Assembly: GCF_009914755.1 (NCBI RefSeq)
Contig: NC_060947.1
Length of the DNA stretch: 64,000 bases
From: the human T2T-CHM13v2.0 reference genome, Homo sapiens
Direction: 5' to 3' (one strand)
The position numbers were made by a program, and so were the translations under genes. Positions 35,020 to 49,689 of the stretch are shown here, one piece after another (position 1 is the first letter of the stretch; the number at the start of each line of letters is the position of its first letter). The notes under the pieces were generated by a model. It did not search any database. It had not been told where the DNA came from and saw nothing but the letters and a program-made list of their open reading frames with translations.

Positions 35020-35200
35020 TACACAGTGATTAAGTAAAACAAGCTGGTGACAATCTGCCTTGTTTTGTGTTCTGGCTTTATGATTTACCAACTATTTAAA
35101 CTTGGGCAAGTTAAGTAATCTCTGAGTTTGTTTTTTCATTGGAAAACTCGGGAGAATAGTAGTAAGTAACTCATGCTGTTGTAGGAACAAATGAAAAGTA
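35020..35200 (+). mobile_element. MIR
   Basis: 'cttgggcaagttaagtaatctctgagtttgttttttcatt...aactcatgctgttgtagg'. Confidence 0.7.
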
Positions 35201-36829
35201 CTATGATTTTTTTCCAGTAGGAATAAAACCTTTTTAAAATTCAAAATTCAATAACTTAGATTATGTACAATTATGCTCGTAGAAACACATGCATTACAAA
35301 AACAGATATGTGAAATAGACTTCTGAGAAATGCCTGCATTCTCACAGCTAATGTTCAAAGTCAAGGTTTTAATATACAAGAACTAATAACGTTGTATCAC
35401 ACTGTACAGTCTTTTTCTCTCATCTTTCTATGTTGGCGAATCATCTGCATTGTGTTATTTAAATGGTTAAGGTAATATGCATAGATGGTCAAACTCTTAA
35501 AATATGCTATTTATTTTCATTCAAAATAATTAAATTTTGTCTCAAATATCAAATAAATAGTATAGGAGTTACATGAGAATGTTGCTGCTTATGTCTATTA
35601 CAGAAGAAATATACTTGAAAAATGAGTTTGTTCCACTGATGTTTATATGCTTTCATTTAGGCTTGACATTGGAAAACTGCATCTCTTCTGAGAACCTAAA
35701 ATATGTCACGTGTAATTTTAAATCATGATATTCAGTATTAATTATGACACTAAGTTTCAATTGTATCATTTATTCCCTGAATTTAACTGGTCAGTAAGGA
35801 ATTTTAAACATGTGTCCTATACTAACGTTTTTAGAGAATTTGGAATCTGAGTGACAAGAATGAAGTGGCAAGGGTGTGACCCCACTGCAAAGGGGAAAGA
35901 AGCATTATTAAAATTACTGCTACCTAGTGCTTCTCTTTATTTGTAGGTTTTCACATTGAGTGTTATATTCTTTGTTATTAATTCCATCACCTGTACCAAA
36001 AAATTGAATCTCACTTCATGCATCCAAAATTTGAGCATAGAATGCTACAAACCATATGGATCTCATTTGAAATTCTTCCAAATTATACATATCCATGTGC
36101 AGCTGATAAAAGTCAATTTACTTAGCAGTAGGTGAATGGAAGGCTGCTCTCAAATCAAGTCCAAGGAGATCACCCTATAGGTTTTCTAAGTACTAAACTT
36201 AAGGGAAATTACTTCATCACAACTTGATCCAGACTACAGTAATGTATACTGTGATGTAGCCAGTGTTCAACTATGTTGACTTTACAATACTAGAATGAAT
36301 CCATCTGTATTGCTCAATGAAGTCATTTCCACGCTGTAGTGGTTTTGAGACTGACATCATCTTTTGCAGGCCCATATGCTGAACTACATAATCCTGAGAA
36401 TTTATGATGTTGCTGAAATGTTATTAACCTTTTGATCATAATAGCAGTCTTTCATGGCATACACCTGTCAAGTTTAGGTTGAGATTGTAGTCCTGTAACA
36501 TAAAGGTACGTTTCAGTGGCAATTAGTAGAATTGTCTATCATTTTGTATTCTCTTTGCAAAACAGTGCAATATGCCAATGGTTTGGTGTTTCAGAATTAG
36601 GTTTATTTAGGGTGTTATTTTAAGATTTTTTCATATAGCTGAAGACAATAAGTATGCTCTCTAACATACTTACTCCCAGCAATTTCTTACTTTGAATTTT
36701 ACCTTCGTCAATGAATTTGAATTGCAACTACAAGATGGACTGGAATTCATGATATTAATACTAATGCCACCACAGCCTTCCAAAATCTGGAGGTTTTACC
36801 ATGATGTAGCTCATCTCCTTGCTTCCACC

Positions 36830-37482
36830 CATTCCCCTCCCACACATTTAATGTATTCTCAAAACAGCAGTTAGAGGGACCTTGATAAAGTATAGCAAAT
36901 CATGTCAAATCACTTCCCTGCTCAAAACCTATTAATAATGTCACATCTGATTTCAAGTAAAAGACAGTGTCCTTGCAGGGACCTACAAGACCTTACCTCA
37001 CCTTCCAACTTTTTAAGCTCATAACTTTCCGACCTCATCTTAAATCCTTTCCCTCTTGTTCATGCTATTTGCCTTTGTTCACTTGTTCACACAAGCAAGT
37101 TTGCTATTCCTACAGTATGCCAAGAGACATCTTGACTCCTAGTTATTGTTCTTTTTATTCCCTCTGTCTGGAATAAATTTCCACAAGATATCAACATGGC
37201 TCAATAGATTTTCTCTTTCAAGTCTTTGCTTAAAATTCACCTCAACAAGACCTTTTTGAATGACTCTCATTACATTTTTAAATCTACCTAAACATTTTTA
37301 TACTCTGTCCCTCTTTTATTTTATTACTTCATATCCTTTAATGTCTTATAATATTATAAAATCTACATATTTGTTATGTCTGTATTGCTCCACTAAAATG
37401 AAACCCTACATTGCTCTATTTCCAAAGCTAGAAATTTGCCTGTCACATGGTAGGCACTCAATAAATATTTTGAAATGAAATT
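36830..37482 (+). mobile_element. L2a 3' end
   Basis: 'atcatgtca...cctgctcaaaacc' and terminus 'gcctgtcacatggtaggcactcaataaatattttgaaatgaa'. Confidence 0.8.
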
Positions 37483-37605
37483 GTTGACTCAAATCAGAGT
37501 CCAGACACCCATGAAATGAATCAAATTTCTTCCACTGATACATAATGAAAGGCAATATTACTTTGTATTAGCAGTCTGAGAAAATATTTTCAGTTGTTTT
37601 GAAAT

Positions 37606-37930
37606 CAGTGGTTCTCAAAACAGAGTTGGAGAGACAGGCACTATGGTTCACACGTGCAATTCCAGAAACTTGGGAAGCTGAGGTGGAAGGATTTCTTGAG
37701 GCCAGGAGTTCAAGACCAGCCTGGGCAGCATGGCAATTCCCCATCTTTTAAAAAAATAATAGGGTTGGATGACCATGCATATATAAATTTCTAAGGTGCT
37801 TTTCAAAAATTGCAAGTTTCTGGGACTCGAACTCTTTCATTAGAAACCTGCAATGGAAAACTTTAGAAAACTGTATTTTTAATGAGCATGTCTTATGATT
37901 CTTTTATGTAATAAAATTTGAGAACAGCTT
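37606..37930. mobile_element. MER5-type hAT-Charlie MITE containing a FLAM
   Basis: Termini cagtggttctcaaa / tttgagaacagct. Confidence 0.65.
37632..37758 (+). mobile_element. FLAM_C / free left Alu monomer
   Basis: Single Alu arm with A tail; flanks acagagttgga / atagggttgga. Confidence 0.8.
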
Positions 37931-38554
37931 CTCTAAAGTAAAAGAAATGAGCTACCATTATATGTGGTCATCCCTATTTTCCTTAAATCACCATTTAAAA
38001 AAAATAAACTACCATTTTCTTAGATAACCATGACACTTAAAAAAATAGAAACCTTAATTATCACATACATCTAGTTCTGAACAATTCAAAGTAATACTCA
38101 GGATGAAAACCCAGTGGCACAATATTTTACCTTCAAGGAAGTTGAGTGTTTAAAAAAAATGTTCCCAGAGATGTTTTTAACACACCTTAGATTTGAAAAA
38201 GGGCAAACAAAGAAAAAAAAAAGTGGCTTTTCTTCATAATCTTTGATAAACCACTATTTTAACTTTAAGAACCTCCACCTTGATTACGAATTTAGGTTAG
38301 TCAAAGTTTAAATGTACTTTTATTTTTCCTCTTTGTGCAAGCTTACTAACATACTCCAAATAAAAACATAAAATAATATTTACTTTAAAAATAACTAAGT
38401 CAAGACTGTAGCACATACGCTATATTAAAGATCACTAGATAAAGATTCCATAAAACATTTTATGATGTTTTATCCTTAATAGACAGTATATATAAAATTA
38501 TATATACAATACATATTTTTATTCTTAATATATAGTATATATAAAATTATAATC

Positions 38555-40297
<1,743 letters not shown>

Positions 40298-40519
40298 TTA
40301 CCTAAAAGGCATTTTTCATATTCTCTCATCTTATTTAAACCATATCATATAATTTAATCATGCATGTTTAATTCATTTTTATTCAAAAAAATGCATGACA
40401 GATTAGTGAACCAAATCAAGGCCGAAATGCTGTTGATTATTCTGACATAGGTAAAATTTGATTTTCAGTAATTTTAAAATCAGTTTTCAAAAGGATAACC
40501 TTATAAAGCCTCACATTTT

Positions 40520-41565
40520 TCTTCTTTTATTATTATTATTTTTCTTCAACTTTTATTTAAGTTCCAGGGTACATGTGCAGGATGTGTAGTTTTGTTACAT
40601 AGGTAAACGTGTGCCATGGTTGTTTGCTGCACAGAAAAACCCATCACCCAGGTATTACACCAGGCATCCATTAGCTATTCTTCCTGATGCTTTCCCTTCC
40701 CACGCCCCCACCGACATGCCTCAGGGTGTGTTGTTCCTCCTCCAACCTGTGTCCATGTGTTCTCATCGTTCAGCTCCCACTTATAAGTGAGAACATGCAG
40801 TGTTTGGTTTTCTGTTCCTGCATTAGTTTGCTAAGGATAATGGCTTCCAGCTCCATCCATGTCCCTACAAAGAACATGATCTTAATCTTTTTTATGGTTG
40901 CATAGTATTCCTGGTGCATGTGTACTTCATTTTCTTTATCCAGTCTATCATTGATGGGCATTTGGGTCGATTCTATGTCTTTGCTATTGTGAATAGTGCT
41001 GAAATGAATATATGCATTCATGTGTCTTTATAATGGAATGACTTATATCCCTTTGGGTATATACCCAGTAATGAGATTGCTGTGTGAAATGGTATTTCTG
41101 CTTCTAGATGATTGATGAATTAACACACTGTCTTCCACAATGGTTGAATTAATTTACACTTTTACCAACAGCATAAAAGCGTTCCTTTTTCCCTGCAACC
41201 TCACCAGCATCTGTTGTTTCTTGATTTTTAAGTCACGTTTCTGACTGGCATGAGATGGTATCTCATTGTGGATTTGATTTGCATTTATCTAATGATCAGT
41301 GATGTTGAGCTTTTTTTCATATGTTTCTTGGTCACATAAATGTCTTCTCTTGAGAAGTGTCTGTTCGTGTTCTTTGCCCAGTTTTTAATGGGGTTATTTG
41401 TTTATTTCTTGTAAATTTGTTTAAGTTCCTTGTAGTCTCTGGATATTAGACCTTTGTCAGATGGATAGATTGCAAAATTTTTCTCCTGTTTTGTAGGTTG
41501 TCTGTTCACTCTAATCATAGTTTCTCTTGCTGTGCAGAGGTCTTTAGTTTAATTAAATCTCACTT
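40520..41565 (-). mobile_element. 5'-truncated L1PA10/11-like LINE-1
   Basis: 3'UTR 'ccatcacccaggtatta...catccattagctattcttcctgatgc'; ORF 40770-41021 is the ORF2 C-terminus. Confidence 0.85.
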
Positions 41566-41770
41566 CCTGTTTATCTTTAAGAACTTACCAGCCACAAAGC
41601 ATTCAGTGTTTGCAACAAATTTTATTTAATGAGATGAGGCAGGACAAACTGCCTTTATTTTTCCCTTTTAGATTTCTGCTTGAATTTACTAGGAACAGTT
41701 ATTTAGGTTCAAGAGCAATAATAGGAGTTATATGCATATGGCACTCTCAACAATTAAATAAACCATCAGT

Positions 41771-42073
41771 TTGTTTGTTTGTTTATTTATTTTAGATAGT
41801 GTCTCACTCTGTCACTCAGGCTGGAGTACAGTGGCACCATCTCGGCTCCTGCAACCTCCGCTTCCCAGGTTCAAGCGATTCTCCTGCCTCAGCCTACTGA
41901 GAAGCTGGGACTGCAGGTGCCCGCCACCTCACCCTGCTAATTTTTTGTATTTTTAGTAGAGACCGAGTTTCACCATGTTAGCCAAGCTGGTTTTGAACTC
42001 TTGACCTCAAGTGATCTTCTGCCTCGGCCTCACAAAATGCTAGAATTACAGGCGTGAGCCACTGTGCCTCGCC
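41771..42073 (-). mobile_element. AluSz/Sx-like
   Basis: Reverse-complement dimer; TSD AACCATCAGT (41761-41770) / AACCATGAGT (42074-42083). Confidence 0.93.
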
Positions 42074-42809
42074 AACCATGAGTATATTTATTTAAGGCAA
42101 CATTTTTAATGTTTCTTTGTTTCTTTTAACAAAATTATATGTGGAAACTTAGCACATAAAACATACAGAGACAGTTATTCTGATTAGAAGGGTGAGGATC
42201 AGTAATCTAACTGCTCACCATTGCAGAGTAAGTAATGTAAAATGGTCACCTTTGAGGTACTTCCTATGGGACCCAGGGCTCCAAGAGGCAGATTTTAAAA
42301 ATAATAAGGAATGAATCTGATGTACAAGATGCATCTGAATACAGAAACAAATAGAAGGAAAGCAATAAAAACAGTTGATGAGGCCATGGATTGTTTTTCC
42401 AATGCTATTCCAAAAGCAAAAGTGTGTTTACTTGGATCCGTAAGTCAACAATTTTTAAAAGCTGATTTGTTGGCTTTAGTTGCCATAACCATGAAGAATT
42501 AAGAAAATAGAAAATAAATAAATTGCAAATTATTTTCTCTCACTGATCACAAACACAGAAGTCTATGTTTTATATTTGTATATAGAAAATGAAAAATAAA
42601 TGACAAGGTAGAGTGAGACATCCAGACAAGGGAGAGTGAAGAGATCGACAGATCCTTTCCATGAAAACAATTATAAAACTTAATAAAATTGTCAAATCAA
42701 ATATTATGGGGCTCTGGAAATTAAATAGACAAATAGATTTAGAAGTATCTACTAAGAAAAACAACTAAACTTTAAGCAAGAGCAATGGGAGTCTGTGCAT
42801 TCTTTTAAA

Positions 42810-43638
42810 CATTTTTGTATATCTATGTTTTTATTTCAATAGCTTTTGGGATACAGATGGTTTTTGGTTACATGGATGAATTGTATAGTGGTGAAGTCTG
42901 AAATTTTGGTGTACCAATCACCCAGATAGTGTACATTGTAACCAATATGTGGTTTTTATTTCCCACCATCCTCCCACTTTTTCCTCTTCTGAGTCTTCAG
43001 TGTTCATTACACTGTCGTGTATGTTTTTGCCTACCCTTAGCTTAGATCCCACTGATAAGTGAGAACATACAGTATTAAGTTTTTCATTCCTAAATTACTT
43101 CACTTAGAAGAAGGGGCTCCAGCTCCATCCAACTTGCTATAAAATACATCATTTCATTTTTTATGGCTGAGTAGTATTCCATGGAAAAGTATACTACATT
43201 TTATTTATTCACTCCTCAGTTGATGGACACAAAGGTTGGTTCCATATCTTTGCACTTGTGAATTGTGCTGTGACAAACATATGCATGCAAGTGTCTTTTT
43301 GATATAGTGACTTATTTTTCTTTGGGCAGTTAACCAGTAATAATGGGATTGCTGGATCGAATGACAGATCTACCTGTAGTTCTCTGAGAAGTCTCCATAC
43401 TTTTTTCCATAGAGGTTGTACTAAATTACATTTCTACCAGCAGTGTATAAGCATTCCCTTTTCGTCATATCCATACTAACATCGGTTGTTTTTTGATTTT
43501 TTAATAATGGGCATTGTGGCTGGGGTCAGTTCCCATCTCATTGTAGTTTTAATTTGCATTTTCCTGATTATTAGTGGTGTTTGGCTTTTTTTTTTTTTCT
43601 GTTTCTTGGCCATTTGTATATCTTTTTTTGAGAAGTGT
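42810..43638 (-). mobile_element. L1PB1-like 3' end
   Basis: 'atttcaatagcttttggg...ttacatggatgaattgtatagtggtgaagtctg'; ORF 43476-43667 ends IIKKSKNNRC. Confidence 0.82.
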
Positions 43639-45889
43639 AATGAAGATCCAAAGGAGAACTTTTGCACTATTTCTGAAGGCTGCTATGCAGGCCATTTTTT
43701 TGTGGCACTATTTTTTATTAACTCCAGCTGCCTTGGAGTCTCTGGACCCCCAACAATGTTTCCTCAACTCATAAAGTTGCTAGGCTCTGTTTTACCTTCC
43801 CATACCTGTGTTGTGTCCTGGATTTTTTTCCAGGAAGTAAATTGGAGCGATAATAGGATTCAACTTACTATTATTTTTCTTTCTCAGAGATTACTGCACA
43901 CTGTTGCCTGATATTCCGTGTCATGGTTTTTTTTATGTATTTCCTGCTGGGTTCTAGTTTCCAGGCAGGAGGGTAAATTCAGTCACTATTAGTTCATCTT
44001 TATCAGAATAGAAAGTTCTTTCTGTTATATGATTGCTTTCTATTACATCGATGTTTGCTCTCTACTATTTCCCTTCTTTTGTCTTTGGTTTACTCTGATG
44101 ATCCTTCTTATATCTGCCTGTCACGGCGTTAGCTTCTCTTTTTGAGATTTCTCAGACCATGCCCAAAGATAAATTTGAAAACACAAATCCTTATTTAAAA
44201 AAACATGATCTGGTTTTAAGACCTTAAGTAATTTTTCCTCAGAGTCCAAGTCATGATAGTTGTCTCCTTAGTTTATGTTTCCTGTTCCACCATTTCACAG
44301 AATATATGCCCTCCTTTATATAAATTTTATGTAGATGACTAAACTACAGCACCCTCAAATGTGTGGTAAGAGGTCTATTTATATAATCCCTAATAAAGCA
44401 TTAAAACACAAATTTCTGGGTTACAGAGATTCACAATGCAATTAGAGTAGTGATGCCTTCCATTTTACTTGTGCCTCTAAGGTTTTGTGTTTCCTCTTTG
44501 CTCTCGTGGATGTCCCTTGTTTTTTAGTTCAATTATGCACTTAAAAGTATGTTTTCTATAGTTTATCATATTTCTAGTTTTCCTTTAATCAAAGTGGATT
44601 TTTAGAATATCTAGAATTCCATATCGCCAGTAAGAGAAGTTTACTTCCTTCTTAAAGTAGTTTGTTTTCTTGTTTTCTGGAAGATCATACCTGATAATTT
44701 CAGAAATAATGTGCCACCAAGTTGTTGTGTCTTTACTTAGCTTAACTGATTGTTAAGCCCTTATCAAAGCTGCTCACATTCACTTACTAAGCAAGGATTA
44801 TATATTTGAGCCACAATAATCAGTCATATATATATGACTCCTATTCCTTTATTTTTCCTTTCACAGGTGTCAATCCAAAATAAACCTCTTAAATCCCAAA
44901 CAAAAAGTCAGTGTCTGCTTCCAAAAAAACTTGCTTTAAAACACCATATTTCCTGCTTTTTCTGCTTCCTCATTGGTAAACTTGTATCAGTCTCCTTGGC
45001 AGAAACCTCTTCTTCTTCATGAATTCCTCATCTTGTGTACTCCTTTTGCCTATAGTTCTAAGGCTAAATATCAATATTATTCAAATTAAATATCAATCAC
45101 AATATGATGACCTTCAAATTTATAGCTCTAGTCCCAACCTCCTTCTTAGTTACAGAATCATACCTCCAAATGCCTACTCACTATTTCACTTGGAAGTAGC
45201 ATATTTAAGCAAACTATTTTTGACCCCCATCTTGCAAGAGTTCTCATTCTATTCTTTCCTGTCTTCGTATATGAAGCATATTTCACCTAGTTTCTGGAAC
45301 CAAAAGTTGTCAATCATGATTTAATTCTATGTTTTGTTCACACTTCTTATATTCTTGACTTGCATATCTTGTCAGATATAAATTTAAAATAGAGGCATCC
45401 CTTGTAAAGAACTGCAAAGCATTTCTGATTGTATTCAATAGTGAAAACCAGAAAATATGATTAATTTAAATATGAGTTAATAATTAACTCCATACTATCA
45501 TAAAATATCAACCAATTTCTCCAAATAACATTACAAATTTCTCAGACTACAGTATAACCATACACCAATTATTTTTGCATAATACCAGGTACTTAAAATA
45601 CCACCAATTACCTCAGTTTGAATACTTCAAACAATTTTTAAGGGATATGTGCCTGTGTAATATTTGATACTGAAAAGTATCATATAGGAATTATGATTTA
45701 CTATACTCTATGGTAAACATGTACTATGCTGTAAACAACAAAATGATATATTGAAGATGCTGAAGAATATTTAACTTTTCCCAAGTTGATAGAAACTCTA
45801 GGCATCTGACAGAAGGAAACATGGGATACATAAAGGGCTAAGACTCTTGGGGAAAGATGGTGACAATTGCAATAAGGCAAAATATATTT

Positions 45890-46625
45890 TTATTAGTCAA
45901 GATAGGCTAGACTATGATGCAGTGACAAGCAACCCCCAAATCTCAATAGATTACCACTATGGTGATTCACTCCTTATGTAATGCATCCATTACCAGAAGG
46001 CTAGGGATATTCTTAAAGTTGCCTTCAATTTATGATTCAGGTGAAAAACTATACATGTATCTAGTACATTACTTGTCTTGTAGCAGAGCAAAGAGAGATA
46101 TGGGGAAATATGCATTGGATCTTACAATACTGGCTGATATGGTTTGGATTTGTGTCCCTGCCCAAATCTCATGCCAAATTGGAGAAGGGGCCTGGTGGGA
46201 GGTGACTGGATCATTGGGACAGATTTTCCCCTTGATTGTTGTGCTCCTGATAGTGAGTGAACTCTCATGAGATATGACAGTTTAAAAGTAAGTGGCACTT
46301 CCCCCTTTCTGCTCTTTCTCTCACTCTTGCTGTCATTTGAAGAAGATACTTGCTTCCCCTTCTCTTTTCACGATGATTTTTAAGTTTTCTGAGGCCTCCA
46401 GTCATCCTTCCTGTTAAGCCTGCTGAACTGTGAGTCAATTAAACCTCTTTTCTTCATAAATTATCCAGTCTCAGGTAGTTCCTTATAGCAGTGCAAGAAC
46501 AAACTAATACATTGGCAATAAATCACACCAGTAAATTCCACTCATATTTTACTGGCTAAATAAAGTTATAATCATGGGTGGTATGTATTTTTAGTTCAAA
46601 AAGTCAGAGATGTATAATTCTACTG
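45890..46625 (-). mobile_element. Old MLT1 LTR relic hosting an MSTA insertion
   Basis: 'tattagtcaagataggctagactatgatgcagtgacaagcaacccccaaatctca'; resumes with 'ttccactcatattttactggc' after 46516. Confidence 0.6.
46135..46511 (+). mobile_element. MSTA-like MaLR solo LTR
   Basis: TGATATGGTTTGGATTTGTGTCCC...AACTAATACA; 5-bp TSD CTGGC / TTGGC. Confidence 0.88.
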
Positions 46626-47237
46626 CAAGAAGGAAAATGAAATAATCTATCATAATGTTTAAAAGAACATGCAAGAAATGTAACCCTTTTAAAGCAGTAG
46701 AAATAGGACTGAAATCTACATTCTTCATCTTGTACTAAAATTAAACTGAAGTTCCATTTAGACACACAAATGAGGATTTATTGGAATTTGTTTTACATTT
46801 AGTCGATGAATTTGAGACAACATTTTTGCAAGTAGCAAAACTGAATATTCAAAGAATGAGATACTGGGATAGCTGTATAAACACGAAGCCAATCACAGCT
46901 CATCACTCCCACAAATATGTCACAAGTATAAGACATCAATAACTTTCTACAAGAAAGTTGAAGTTACAAAAATAGATCTATAAGAGCTATGGATTTCACC
47001 TCAAGCAAAGATCATGCAGTACTATACAGATGTTTAAAGAGTGGGTTTAATGACCCACCATTTCACCATTGGTAGTCTAAAATGTCTTTAAAAAACTATC
47101 AGCCACTAAGAAGATCAAATTTAAGTAGTCATTTGCAACATAATCAGTTATTTTGACTCTAAACTAAGAAAAACACATGATAAATTTAGTTGACTATAAG
47201 AGGCTGCATTTATCAATATGATACCATTCAAAAGTAT

Positions 47238-47908
47238 TGAGGCAGGAAATTAAAGAAAAATAAAATTAAAAAGAAAGAGAAATAAGCGTTCCTGTATTTG
47301 GCTGACTTGTCCCACAGGCAGCAACAAGCACAGCCCAGACCCAGGAAAAGTCTTAATAATATTATCTAATGTGCTCTGGAGACTCCCAGCACTCCCTCAA
47401 CATAGGGAGAAGAAAAACAAATTTTCCTTTGTTTTATCATATGAGTTTATAGATTCTTGTTCTCTGTAACTAGTAACTTCAAGTATTCTGTTTTATTTAA
47501 GAAGTACAATGAAGGTCATGAGAAGCCTGAGTAGGCCTGAACTACAGCGGTCTGGGCACCATAGTAAAGGTTATGAGATAAACCAGTGCAAAGCTCTTCA
47601 GAGCAAAAGCTAGAAAATGGACATCTGGGTTGCTTGGCAATGGTCATGTGTAATCCTGAGTTATGAACCTGTCACAATTTAGTTAATTGTTCTGCCTCTG
47701 TATCCTTGCTTTCACGTCACTGTAACTGTAAGCCTGCTTCAAGCTAGCCCACCCCCTTTTGCGAAGTGTGTATAAAAGTCAAGTGCTGTCTTTGTTCTGC
47801 ACCCAGTCTTTGGATGTTGAGTCTGCTGAGTCTGAGTGCACTCAATAATAAAGACATCCTCCTGTATACACCCCAAGGTCTCTCTCTGATCATCCTGATT
47901 CTGCAACA
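47238..47908 (+). mobile_element. Complete ERV1 solo LTR (LTR15-like)
   Basis: TG...CA termini; perfect 4-bp TSD GTAT (47234-47237 / 47909-47912); TATAAAA at 47771; AATAAA at 47847. The family name is from recall. Confidence 0.85.
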
Positions 47909-48499
47909 GTATGGTTGGAATAAGGCCACCTTACTTCCTTACTAAAGTTTCCAATTGTTGATAACATCTACATTCTTGTGGTAAAACTTTCCCTAAAAGT
48001 GGCAAAACAATAATTTAATATGGAATAACTGATTAAATGAAACCACAACTGATTACTTATTAACCAAAGAGGATGAGCACCAACCAAAGGAGTAGGCCTT
48101 AAATTCTCAGAACCTCAATCTTTAGGTCTACTATTATGTCTTGCATACAACTCCCTTAGAGAGTATCTTTAAAACCAAATATTTTAATATAGGTTTCTGC
48201 TTAACATCTGAAGATAATTTAATAAACTGTAAAGCAGACTTCACAGAAATTATGTGTATCTTATATTATTTTTCCATTATTCTTATTTTAAAAGTATGTA
48301 AAAAGGAGTATAAATAATGTGCAAATGGGATATTCAGGTGGAATCTTATATTTCAAAACTATTACTTTATACATTTTTTTGGATCTCATAGAAATTATGC
48401 TGAGTGACATATGCTTATGCCCCAAAATTTACATTTTGTATTGTTCCTCTTATATAGCATTTTTAAAATAACAAAACAGATTAATAATTTCTGAAATCT

Positions 48500-48845
48500 A
48501 GATATAGGGAGATGTCGGGAAAAGTGAGTGTAAAAGAATCAACACAGGAATCCTTGTGCTGATGGAACTGTTCTGTACCTTAATCATAGTGGTGATTGCG
48601 CAAACCTATACATGTAAAAATGTTGCATATAACTAGGTTCTCTGACACACACACTCAAAAGTTAGTGCATGTAAAAACTAATGAATCTGAATAAGATCAC
48701 TGATAATTTTCTAGTTGTGATAGTGTGCTATAGTTAGGCAAGACATTATCATTGTGAGATATTGGATAATGGATACAGGGCATCTCTGTATTATTCTCGT
48801 AATTTCATATGAATCTATAATTATCTCAAAATAAAAAGTTTAACT
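48500..48845 (+). mobile_element. L1MC-type 3' end
   Basis: 'gatggaactgttctgtacctt...ctctgtattatt...gaatctataattatctcaaaataaaaagtt'. Confidence 0.75.
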
Positions 48846-49689
48846 TAAAAATCACAAAATTCATAAAGAAATATGCTACTATAAGAAAATTAGCATTAAA
48901 AAATTAGAAATTCGATGATTTGAAATACCAGAATTATCAAACACTGAAAGTAAATAATAAAACATAGTACTAGTATATATACTATTGTGTATATATATAT
49001 ACACACACACATTCACATACACATAAATGTACAACAAGCAAGGAACATAAGAACATTAGATATAAATAGGAAGACTTAAAATAGAAAATGTACAAATAGA
49101 AATGTAACATAACTAAAGCTAATCTTAGTGAGTTAAGTCCAACAGTAGATTTGACACAGCAGAAGATATATTTATGTAAAGACAGATACAAAGAAATCAT
49201 GGAAAATTGTGCACATCCTTGAGTCAGGGACCAGATTCAAAAAAAATTAAAATTGCAATATGGAATAATGTACATTGAGATTGAGTAACAGGATCTGATA
49301 TATTTTAAATAGGAGTTATAGAAGGATAGTAGACAGAGAATGGAGCAGCAGGTGATAGAAACAGTAATATCTAAATAGTAACAAAACCATCTACTTTTCT
49401 GATTATATGAACTTTATGCTTCTGTGCTAATAATCAGATAACAAAGAAAAAAATTTATTCTCAAGAATAAATATCATAGATGATGTATATATTGCATTGT
49501 TCAATACAATATTGAACAATATTGCCTGAAATATTTGCCTGAAATTAATGGGAAATATTTGATTTTCATTATCTGGCAATCAGTTTATCCTGGTGTGGAA
49601 ATATTAAGAAATTATTTCAGATATTTCTGTGTTAGTCCACTTTATGTTGCTAATAAAGTAATGCCTGAGGCTGTGTAATTTTGTCCCTA

